Assembly: GCF_002113885.1 (NCBI RefSeq)
Contig: NW_018406970.1
Location: forward strand, 1,796,022 to 1,860,021
Length of the DNA stretch: 64,000 bases
Direction: 5' to 3'
Source of the DNA: Mizuhopecten yessoensis
Lineage: Eukaryota
Positions within the stretch are counted from its first letter, which is position 1; every line of letters begins with the position of its first letter. Below are positions 48,280 through 60,900 of the stretch, one piece after another. The notes under the pieces are model-generated. The model saw nothing but the letters and a program-made list of their open reading frames with translations, made no database searches and was not told the DNA's origin. The position numbers were made by a program, and so were the translations under genes.

Positions 48280-48600
48280 ACTCCGGATTCAGCTGAACAC
48301 ATGCCTGGGAGCTGTAATATTTTCTTGTCTTCCTGCCCACACAAATTCAGGACTCGGCTGAACACATACCTTAGGACCAGAACACCCTTCTCTCCCGATG
48401 CAAACACTCAGCACTTGGCTGAAAACGTACCTAAGGGCTGAAACAACTTTCTCTCTGAACACAAACACCCATACTCTCCAGAACGTATACCTAAAAGGAC
48501 TGAACGTCTTCCGAACAAGACAGACACAATTGATACGCAACTGAACATATACTTAAGAGCCAGAACATCTTCCTCTCCTGACACGCACACACTGAAGTCA
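48280..48600. repeat. Diverged ~60-bp tandem repeat downstream of the papain-like gene stop codon
   Basis: Recurring CTGAACACATACCTAAGG..CAGAAC..CTTCTCTCC..ACACAAACAC. Confidence 0.6.
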
Positions 48601-48904
48601 TACATAAATACACACATAGCCAATACATCCCTTCACGATCGTACATTAGCATTAAAAGTATCCTGGTAAGATTATTAGTTTAAAAACAGATGAAGTTGGA
48701 ATATAGAAAAAGAGGTGAATTCATATTAAAAGGTCCTTTTAAAAACGGCATAGTAATAATTAAGTATCCAATCAACCGGGGTTTCGACTGTGTAATTCAG
48801 ATTTTGGTACCATAATATAAGCAGTAATGTTTAGCAAATCTTAGAAAGATAAATTTTAACTGGAAACTACCAGTTATTTGTACGTTATGAAGTACATGGT
48901 GGTA

Positions 48905-51900
48905 CTAGGATGAACTAGCACTGGCACAAGTAATGTCCAATTCGGATTCCACGCCACACTTGCTCATTCCGTTCAAGTTTTCTGTCTCCATTTCTGACCC
49001 GTCCCTCAATTCCAGTTCCTGTGCGCTGAGGAGCTCCTCAGCAACCTCAGAGTTTTGACGTACGAACAGCGTGATGCCTGCCTTGTAGGCCGCGGGGATG
49101 GTGATGTGGGAGGTTAGCTGGGCGCGATGTCGCGGGATCTGGTGTGACAGCGCTGTACATGCCTCACGTAGTACATTCACTACCTGACCTGTGAACACAA
49201 AAACACCATTTTAATAATCTTTCCATATGGACAATGAAACGTGTTCCAAAGGCTCATTGTAAGCTTAACTCATTCATCCCTGAAATTTCATAATGAATCA
49301 TTCCAACCTTTGAATTGGAAGAGTTAAAATGTGTCTTCAGGGGTGAATGAGTTAAACCCCTTTTTCTACTATTTCGAAAATTTAATTTAGAAAAGGATTT
49401 TTTTTTAGATTAAGGGTCCCCGTACCACTGCCAAAAAATGTAACTTCATATTGGAAACTGTTTTTGTGGCATGAGTTAAGCTCTGATAAATCTTCTCCGA
49501 ACCCCCCCCTCCCCCCATCTTTTGAGATTTTCATGAAATCTTAATAAATATGGAATGTACACAAAACAATAGTGTTCTGAGTGTAAAAATACAGCAGGGC
49601 TAAACCGAGATTTGAACACTGGACTCCAGATTGTTATACTGTACTGAAACTAGAATACTGACAGGACAGCAAGGGCCCCGCTGTATGCCTGACAGTGTAT
49701 CTCCCATATAAGCACCAAGCAAAAGCAAAAGTGATCATTGACTGTTCAGAAAGGATCATTTACAATAGTTTTTTGTTTAAAGTAACGACAACATTGACCT
49801 TTGAAACTTTTTAAAGACCTATTGCACATGTACCATCTTGTGAAATTTCAGAAAATTTGGCCTTTAGTCTGTAAGGGCCTTATATGATGTATTTTTGACT
49901 GTATATTCCCCATTCCGTTTTCAGTAACAGCGACATTAGGAATTTCTTAAACCACTATTGCACATCTGCATATAATTACAGTGTATCATCATGAGAAATT
50001 TCAGAAAGTTTGGCCTTCTGTAAGGCCCTTATCTGATGTCTTTTTGACTGTATATTCCTGGTTCTATTTTTAGTAACAGTGACCTTGATCTGGGAATTTT
50101 TCAAAACAATATTGCACATCTGCATATAATCACAATGTATCATCATAAGAAATTTCAGAAAGTCTGGCCTTCTGTAATAATGCACAACGACTCACTATTT
50201 ACAGACAAACATTTCAAAATTTTAGCCGACTTCAGACGAAGATTTGGAGGAGACTTACCAAGCACGTTCCATGTTTGCCAGCGTGTGTCTCTCTGCTTGA
50301 GGAAATCGTTGAGTGGAGCCCAGTCCCTAAACCTGTTGACCACATCTTGTCTTCTGACCAACAGAACTGAGTCGCTGGTCAACTGGTCCATAATTGTCTC
50401 TGCAGGAACAATCTCCAGTGGGTTGGTCAGATATACCCCTGTAGATGTCACAAACTCAGAATTAGTACATGTCATACCTTACCTAAAGTTAAAACCTAAA
50501 CTTTATTTATTTTACAACAATCATGAAACAAATTACTTCAACTTGTATTATTAATTCTTAATGGCCCGGTTGTAAGCGTGCAGGGGGTCATTAATTTTGG
50601 AGGAAACCAGAGTACCCGCAGAAAACCAATGCGCAGGTGACCCCATACCTTTTCACATCTGGTCTGGAAATCAAACCTACAGCTGCCTTGGTTAAATGCG
50701 AGTGGTGTTATCCACTGCGCCACGCAATTTGGAATATTTGAAAATCTTGATTCAAGAAATATGTGTTCATAAAAATATTTCTATACTGAATAACTGTAAC
50801 ATCTAGTCAAATTCTTCACAACTGAAAATTTGAAAATGTTGATGTTAAATTAAGTATATGGCATGTAATTTATAGTTAACTCCATATATTTGTCTAGTTC
50901 ACAAGCAAGATAGTGTTGCTTTCATTTTGTTAAGTTAGAATTACAATATTTTTTGCCAAGCAAAATATTCATCCAATGTTTTTACATTCTCTTTTGTTGA
51001 ATATAAACATTTTCAGACTATTTGTTTGCACCATGGTAAATCTATTAAGTGAATTGTTTATCATTTTAAAATAGAAAGTTTGAAATTTTGACTGAAAAGG
51101 TATTTTGGTACAACGTGAATAGTCTTTAACGATAACCTTTAAATTTCCATTTCATATGAAATGGAAACGAGTGTAAGATCATCCTCTTTATCACATAATC
51201 AAGATTTGTGGCATTTATTCGACAATTTTCATGCAACCTTGAAAAGCAAAAAGTTGTCCTTTTGACTCCAGTGCATAAGTCTGTGACGTCATGTACTTGT
51301 CCTAGGCGTGATGTTACACAAGTTGTCTCATCATCAAGAGTCAAACACATCGGCACACTGTGGTTCAAACGCTCAGGATCTCATTGCCTCTTAATATTAT
51401 TACTTTCTTTTTCATGTATTAGTTTCGGCTGCTTGACCAGTGGTCATTACCTTTTGAGCTGACTCCGTACACCATCTGGTGATGCCAGGCGTCCGGAATT
51501 GTCCATCCTGGCTTCACCCCGCGCTGCAGGTTCAGAGTGGCGATGGGAACCGCGCCTACAGCATCAAAAACATTATGGTGAAGCAAGTATTGCAAAATCC
51601 ACTTTAACATAAATACACTGAAGATAATAACAAATATTGTAATACTTCAACGAAGTTTCAACTCATCTGCAATAAACATTTGAGGATTTGAATTTAAATG
51701 TTAGCAGTTTAGACATAGTTCCCTCCCCTGTATGAGATTTGTGTTTGATCATCACAGGGAATTGTCTGCAGGTAAATGACAAATGGTTTGTCCTTTTTCA
51801 GTTTCATTTTTCTTCGAACAATATTATATAAACGATACTTTGACTATTTTCCTACCACTGTGAAGACATAAAGGACTCTTAATCAGATTTCTAATCTGAA

Positions 51901-54900
51901 TTCACAATTTTTATAATGCCATACATTGTACATATAGAGATTCCTAAACCAGTGATAGATGGTCATCATGTTAATCTAATTTCATACTTGAGTTAGTGAA
52001 TCTTGAAATTTATTTGAAAATTAACTAACAATAGTTAGATAAAATTAGTCATCATGAGTTTAGGGACCTGTTTCTTCCATAACGTTCGTATTTTATCTGG
52101 AAAAAAATATACATTTTTCTTTTTTTAAATGTGGTAATGGTAAACCACACATTTACCAATTATCTTCAAACTCTTTGTTTTCAAAATAAACTTTGGAAAT
52201 TCTTTAATATAAAATCTCTCACTTTACATGAGTAAGGTCATATAATAACGTTAACTTTACTGTCTAACAATTATGAAACAAATTATATCGACTCATATTA
52301 ATCACTCCTGTTGGCCCAGATGTTAGCGCACAGGAGGTCTTAATGTTAAAAGAAACTTGGGGAATCCCCACGTGGTCAGGCAGGCGACCCAATACCTTTT
52401 GCATGTCGATTGCATTGGGAACCAAACCCCAGCCATTTTGGTAAAAAGTGAGTGCGCTTTCCACTGCATCATTGGACCACTCACTTAGGAATTATTAAAA
52501 CATACAGATTCGTTGATGCCATATGGAACTCAAGTCGACCAGATAGCGGGGCCCGTATTCATGAAATCGTTCTCATGCTCAAGCATGGATTCTGTGCTCA
52601 AGCCAGCTTTCTTGTAACCCACCTAAATCATGTCAACGATCAAAAAGTCAAATTTAAATATTGAAAACAGTATTCAGCTTCTAGTTTCTTCATTTTTTGT
52701 CCAAAACTTTAACAAAATAAGGATTTTTTGAATAATTTATAACTGGAACAAGAAATTAGACTGGAGCACAAAATCCAGGCTTGAGCACGAGAACGGTTTC
52801 ATGAATACGGGCCCAGGTTGTGTGGACTCGATATGACATCAGCTGTATATACTGAATGCGAAAATTGTATCCTTGGCTGGTACAAAGCCACCAAAAACAC
52901 TTAGAACAAAACAGTTACCTTTCTTCAACCAGTAGCCAAGCCACTTGAGGAGCTCCACTTTGCGTGGCGGGTAGAAACTGAAGAAGCGGCCACGGATGAC
53001 TCCCTTCGTTAACTTTTCCACTCCTTCCAGTAGATTCTCAGCTGTTGTGCCTAGAATACAACACATTTTTAAACAACAACTGCCATAATGTTTACATTTT
53101 ACTGCAGAAATGTTACATTTATAAGATTGATATAATCCTCCCTCACCCCGGGGGTAAAACAAAACTAGAAATTTGTCAGAATGACATGAAAGTCACCCCA
53201 TCATTCTGTATGATCATTGCCCGATAAATCATTGACCAAGCTACAACTGATAAATTTTGACATGTCAATCAAAATGGTAAACAATGACCAGGTGTAAATA
53301 GTTCAGCTAGCCATGCCAACACATGGAATTAATAAGAAAGCATGTGGCAAATATAACGTTAGCGTTGACCAACACCTTAAATACGGGGAGATCTGCGCGC
53401 TGATACGCATACGGTCACCTGGCATGGGCAGATCAGGTAATTGGAATATAACGATGTTTATTTCACAACAATAAGTTTCAGAAAAGATTCATATATACGG
53501 ATAAATCTTTTACTTTTTTTTGTAATGAAATATACTTTTCCAAGTAGTTTTCTGATCGTCTGCAAATCCGACTGAATCGGTCATCGATATCGAGGAGTGT
53601 GTACCACTTAAAGGCAGTCACTCAAACAGTTCCGACGAGGACCACCAACATCAGAATTCGCGAGACATGAAGAACACCAAACAATTGTGATTTCAGCAAT
53701 TCTCCTTTGAAAAGAAAACATCGGAATGTATTTGGCTGTTTTGAACCCGTTAATATTTATTTTTCAAACTCAAACTTTTATCATTATCTGTTCAAGTCGC
53801 ATGGATGTCACCTTGTAAATTCCTGCCAGTTAATAGTATCACGCGATCTGCACTCTTTGCGGTACACAACTTGCCAACTTCGCCATTTTACCCATGTCGT
53901 TTTGACACATACCCAAGAACGACATTTTAACCCCAGAGTGCTAAATATGATGCAATTCTTCGTTATGTTTCCCCAAACGTGGTATTTATCAATTCACAAC
54001 GCAACGTCCTGAACAGTTGGGCCTAAGTTTACTCGGGTTTGTTTATTCGATTCAATCGTATAATATGACTTAAACTTGCACCTTTCGTAATTGTTAAATT
54101 AGCAATGCAATCAGGGTTTTATTCAACGAAATTGAGCAGTTTATTGCTGCGAGCATATTTCAAAACATTTCTGAAAATCCTCGAAAAATTTAAGATGAAT
54201 GGTCGCGATCAAGGACTGGTTTTGGATTGTTTTTGAGTATCGTGTACACCCTTTTCTTGACACTTCATTTTTCCTTAAAAAAGTGTGCACTTTACGCAAA
54301 TATTAACGGTAGTCGTTGGTCAGACATAAAATATCTAAATCAGTCAATAGCAATTTATAATATGACAGTTTACTCCCTTCTTGAACCTCAAATGTTCCTG
54401 ATTCATACTCGGAACATCTTTAGGTTATATATAATATATATATGTAATTCCCGTGTGAAATTTGGAACGCCTTTAGGTTTTATGATATTTCCGACAGAAG
54501 CAAGCTCTCAACAGCGCAAGGCAACAGAGGTCAAAATCTGGGACTGAAACCGAAATTAATAGTCCCCACTGTTGTCATGCTTCAATGCCTTGTTGACATA
54601 TGATGTCATGCAATTGTCATGACTGAGAAAATGTGGATATGCCTGTCCAGAGTAAGAAAAAAAATTCTGTCTAAATAAATAAACAAAAAGGCTTCTGTTG
54701 CCCAGTGAGCATTGACACGTTCACTTACCTGTGGCAGATCTAGAGAAGAGGTAGTAAGGTTTACTTACCTGTGGCAGATCTGGAGAAGAGGTAGTAAGGT
54801 TAACTTACCTGCAGCAGATCTAGAGAAGAGGTAGTAAGGTTAACTTACCTGTGGCAGATCTGGAGAAGAGGTAGTAAGTTTAACTTTCCTGCGGCAGATC

Positions 54901-57900
54901 TAGAGAAGAGGTAGTAAGGTTTACTTACCTGCGGCAGATCTAGAGAAGAGGTAGTATGGTATGGGTGCTCCCTCCATCCTTAAGTTGGCCAGGATGGTCT
55001 TACAGATTTCCTCCTTGTCTACTTGACAATCAAACGCTTTCTGTCAAAGTGAAACACAACCATTAATGTAGCTAGCTAGAGATCAAAAGGAAACAAGGAC
55101 ATTTGCTCCGAAATATTCCTACCAACTCAAAATGTTTTATCAGAACATAACACCAACAGCACACTTAGGCAGAATTTTCCAAACTGGAAGCTGTTAAGGC
55201 TTTTCTCTCATACTGTTACAGTGATCTGGAATGTATTATGTCTCAATGTCAATTTCAAATGGGGCTGCGGTGGCCGAGTGGTTATGACGTCGGACTGTCT
55301 ACGATCATTATCCCTCCACCAGTGGGTTGCGGGCATGAGGCCTATGTGGTGGGAGGGGTCAATTTTGGCTATTTTGGTTTTCCACCCCATAACCTGTCAC
55401 ATCCTTAAATGACAATAGCTGTTAATAGGACGTACAAACAAACAATCCAAACTTTTAAAAATGTTAACGGAAATTTTCTATTGGTTTCTATTTGGTTTTT
55501 TCACTTGATGGAAAAAATAACCTTAACATTTTTCACATGATCAAAGTTGTTCCACCATTTTGTAAAGCAGTTTGTTTAATCTGAATTTCCTAAAAACAAA
55601 CACCTACATAAACGACCAATTGTTCTAATCTATCCATCGCGAACCTGATCCAAATATAGTGGGAATCAATATTGTGCAGACACTAGTAATATTATACTCA
55701 CCATGACGTTGAGTACTGCCGTGGGACCACATGCCGAGGTGCCAATCTGTTTGACTTGTAGGACGTACGCCTCGTATTCGTTCCAGATCATCACCTTTTC
55801 TATGTGACAGTGAGGTTTGTTACCTCGCCGACGGCGCTGTTCACACTTAGGCAGAACCTTCAAACAATTTATTTATTTGTATTAATGATAGCGCATCAAC
55901 AAACAAGAGGCCCATTGGGCCTTCATCCCTCACCCGTTTCTTAAGGCACATGATGAACCACACAAGTTGAAATGTTTCTACCAAACTGAGACCATGATCG
56001 CCACCTAAGATTTCTTACTACCTGGTAACCCAAAGAATTAAAATCAGATGTATTCTTTCAAGTTTCGCCTGTTTTCGAATGGGTTGTGCCAATGCTCCAT
56101 ACCAAATTAGGTCAAAATCTTTCCACCACCAAGATAAACTCCCATTTACACTTTTGGGAATGGTTCTACCCCATCATACCCAACATTATTGCACATGGGA
56201 TGCTCGATGCCAAATTAACTCAGAACTTGAAATTCCCGGGACTGTAGTACACTGTCTAAAGCCGGACTTTCCAATCTCAAATTATGTCTAAACCATGCAA
56301 AGAATCTTGCTCCAACAATAACAATGTAATGTAAATACACTCTCCACAATTTGTAGCCATTTAAAAAGAAAATTTCATGCAGAATGCTGTGCCATCAAGT
56401 CATAGCTCACTTGGGTCTTTGGACCAGATGAGCTAAAGCGAAATTAGGAAATAGCGAATAATGAATAATGAATAATGAAGCTGCGCACGCATCTCATGTG
56501 GTCCCCCAGTACCAAACAGATGTGAATGACAGAATTAGGATCTGAATTGATATCTCTACAGCCAAACCTTGAAATTCCAATTATCTCCCTTGAACATATC
56601 GTACATTACTGTCAAACATCAATTGCTTTGAACAGTGTGTTTAATCATAATGGAAAGTCGTGTTGTACCAGACTATGATAACTTGCATTTGTTGTCAGGC
56701 CATATTCGTGTGAAGTTCTACAGAAAAGTGAATTATCATATATAAATCTAAATTTGCATCCCCCCCCCCCCCGTGCCCATGGCCACTTCACGAAAATATT
56801 ATGTACCCCATCTCCTCCAAGAAAAAGAGTATGTGTCTTCCCTTCCTTCCCAGAAATTTAAGTACGTACCCTGGCCACATTGTCAGCCGATTTATTCATG
56901 ACTTCTTCCTTGACCACATGTAGACTGTTATCCCCCATCAACAGGGGCTCCAGGCACTCATTGATCTCCTCGTAGATTGGCTCGTCAGAACTCTCCCTAC
57001 ACAACCAATCAAATGTGGTATAAGTAAACTGGCTCGTCAGAACTCTCCCTACACAACCAATCAAATGTGGTATAAGTAAACTGTAACCTCATCGAGATTC
57101 CTTTTTGTAGTCTTAATAAACATACAAGAGGCCCAATGGGCCTGCATCGCTCACCTGTTATTAATCTAACACTTGTAATCTTAAGATTTCATAAGAACCT
57201 ATAAAAGATTTAAACATGACGCCTCTGACCTTGATTGTCGAACAAGGACATTAGGTTGAAAGTGGATGAAGGTCATTCATTTGAACTAACATGGTAGTCC
57301 TTCATCCCAGCATGCTACAGGCCCAATTTCAGTACCCTGGCCCTTTTGCTTATTGAAAAGAAGTCGCTTGAAGATTTTACGACATTTGACCCCTGTGACC
57401 TTGAAAGTTGGTCAAGGTCATTCAGTTGAACAAACTTGATAGTCCTTCATCCCAGCATGCTACAGGCCCAATATCAGTACCCTGGGCCTTTTGGTTATTG
57501 AGAAGNNNNNNNNNNNNNNNNNNNNNNNNNNNNNNNNNNNNNNNNNNNNNNNNNNNNNNNNNNNNNNNNNNNNNNNNNNNNNNNNNNNNNNNNNNNNNNN
57601 NNNNNNNNNNNNNNNNNNNNNNNNNNNNNNNNNNNNNNNNNNNNNNNNNNNNNNNNNNNNNNNNNNNNNNNNNNNNNNNNNNNNNNNNNNNNNNNNNNNN
57701 NNNNNNNNNNNNNNNNNNNNNNNNNNNNNNNNNNNNNNNNNNNNNNNNNNNNNNNNNNNNNNNNNNNNNNNNNNNNNNNNNNNNNNNNNNNNNNNNNNNN
57801 NNNNNNNNNNNNNNNNNNNNNNNNNNNNNNNNNNNNNNNNNNNNNNNNNNNNNNNNNNNNNNNNNNNNNNNNNNNNNNNNNNNNNNNNNNNNNNNNNNNN

Positions 57901-60900
57901 NNNNNNNNNNNNNNNNNNNNNNNNNNNNNNNNNNNNNNNNNNNNNNNNNNNNNNNNNNNNNNNNNNNNNNNNNNNNNNNNNNNNNNNNNNNNNNNNNNNN
58001 NNNNNNNNNNNNNNNNNNNNNNNNNNNNNNNNNNNNNNNNNNNNNNNNNNNNNNNNNNNNNNNNNNNNNNNNNNNNNNNNNNNNNNNNNNNNNNNNNNNN
58101 NNNNNNNNNNNNNNNNNNNNNNNNNNNNNNNNNNNNNNNNNNNNNNNNNNNNNNNNNNNNNNNNNNNNNNNNNNNNNNNNNNNNNNNNNNNNNNNNNNNN
58201 NNNNNNNNNNNNNNNNNNNNNNNNNNNNNNNNNNNNNNNNNNNNNNNNNNNNNNNNNNNNNNNNNNNNNNNNNNNNNNATCTCAGCATGCTACTGGCTAA
58301 ATATCATCACCCTGAGCATTTTGGTTATTCAGAAGAAGTTGTTTAAAGGTTTTTTAATACAATTGACCCCTGTGACCTTGAATATAATTGAAGGTCATTC
58401 ATTTGAACAAACTTGGTAGCCCTTCATCCAAGCATGCTACTGGCCAAATATCATCTCCCTGGGCATTTTGGTTATTGAGAAGAAGATGTTTAAAGTTTTT
58501 GACATATTTGACCCCTGTGACCTTGAAAAAAGGTGAAGGTCATTAATTTTAACAAAATTTGTAGCCCTTCATCCAAGTTTGCTTCTGGCCAAATATTGAC
58601 ACCCTAGGCCTTTTGGTTATTAAGAAGAAGTCGTTCAAAGTAAAATATTGACGCCGGACGGACGCCGGACGCCGCGCTACGGCATAAGCTCACTTGGCAC
58701 TTCGTGCCAGGTGAACTAATAATGATGGCTTGCCTTAAATTTGGAGAATGGTATATATTTCATTATAAGGACGTTTATAAATTATAACCAATGAATTTGT
58801 ATGTAAACCTATTTTTCTTAGAAGTACTCTAAACCTATGAAGGTGAATACAACATGACCTACATGTATGTAGGGATTATATATATATATATATATATCAT
58901 ATCTAAAGAAGTAGTCTGCAGATTTTTAAACAAACTGCGAACATGACCCATATTTCTTTATTAATACTGAAAAGTTATGTACTAGCCCAGTGATTATTGT
59001 AGAAGTTTTTTCAAGCGATTATTCCTAAGCAGCTTTTTCAAAACTTTGATAAGTCTCATTAATTACAAAGATATTCATAAATTATAATGGGTTCAACTTC
59101 TCATCAAAAAGTTGGGTAGTCCTACAAACAAGCACGAGTCCAAGATTCAAATATCCGAGTCCCAAAAATCACTGCTAGACTAAATGTATACGTAATGACC
59201 ATACCCTGAGGATTCCTCCAGTTTGGGTGGTAGCTGCATTATGACAGCATTCTGTAGGGCGTGCGTGAGATTCTCCAGGTCCCCCATGTACATACATTCC
59301 GTGTTGCTGTTCTGGGGTGCATGGTTCTCCTGCCCCTCCAAGTTGGAAGCCACATCTCTCATGAAACTCTGGGAGACATTTTCCTCCTCGTCCGAGGATC
59401 CCGACGATAACCTGTTTTCCCTGTCCATGGCGGCTTTGTAGAAAACCTTTTCCCGACGATTGCTGGCGGAATTCTGAAAGTTTGCACCGGGTACCTTATC
59501 CTGTTTGCATAAATCTGGGTTACAGTAGGTGTGAAAATTTTCATTATCAACGTGAAGATGTGGATCATACCTCTCCATATTGTTGTCGAAGTCGTCAAAA
59601 TCAGTGCAGCATCTATCGTAGTTGAGATTATTAGTGAGGGAAGCTGCCCCCTCTGCCAGCATTTCCTCACAGCTGTTAGCCAGAGACGCCTGATGAACAC
59701 TATCACAGTTGTTGGGATAGCAACGTCCATCAGACAAAAATGGGGTTAGAATCTCGGCATCTCTGACAAAGGAAAAGGACTGGTGAAGTCCTGCAGATCC
59801 CGGAAGATCAGAGTCCACAAATTCTAGAAAGTCGGTCTCCGGCGAGTACACAACGGATGAGTCGGACTCTATTTGACCTCCAACCTCACTTCCACTCTCA
59901 CTTTTACCTGTACAACTGTCCAACCTGGACAATGGCTTGGTCTTACAGTCGTGATCACTGTCTTTTGAACAGACATGATTGGACAATCTATCACAGAGCT
60001 TTAAATCACTTGGAGAATCATCTAAAAACAGAACTCTACTTTCACTTTCATCTTCCCTGTGTCCATTCGCTTTTCCTTCGTGAAATGGTAAAGGCTCATC
60101 TTTGGGGACAGGCAATTCATTTCTATCTTCCTCTCGCTCTGAAAAATCAGGAATACGAGGTTCTGCATTTACCCCATACCCCTCATCCTCATCAGACGAG
60201 GTAGAGGAGGAACTTGTGGAACTACAGGCGAACAGTAGTCGACTGGCTTGAGATGGAAAATCGGTGTCAATGTAGTCACCGATCTCGTCTAAACTGTCAT
60301 TGCTAGCAGGGCGTGGAAGCTGTTGAATTTGTGCATTTGGTAAGAACGGCATAAAAGGTGATCTCATTTCGGATTCAGGTTTTGGCATATTTTCTTCACA
60401 CGAGATGTTGTTCATCTCTACAACTTGTGAAGCGAATTGACCGTGACTAGTTTGGGACTGGGAATATCTACACATAGCATTACCACATGAACAATAGTCA
60501 AGATTATCACAGAGAAAATCATCAGGGTTAAAATTAGAGTCCGACCCACTTGACAGGGAAGATCCTCCACTGTCCTCTGGCACCGCAAGTGGGGCTAGGA
60601 TACAATCACTCTTTACCATCAATACAGGATCAAAGGGAGGGCACTGCCCACTTCCTGTGGATGAGGTCTTCGACTCGTTGCTGTCTGTACTTTCACTACT
60701 CGGCACAGTTCCATTGACGATGCACTCAGGTTTGGCGATGCCATCTTTGTTGCATCTTGAACTGCTCTTAGACGAGAATGGCCTGGTCCATTCCTGTGCC
60801 GAGTCTGTTGTTTCGCAGACTAAATGTAAATTCCAGTTAGTTCCCCCACTGGATGACTTCGGTGCCTGTGATTTGGTACTTGTTTTTGAGTCTTCTGCTG

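Noticed and set aside
57408-58346. 270-310-aa ORFs
   Set aside because: Artefacts of the N gap inside a repeat element
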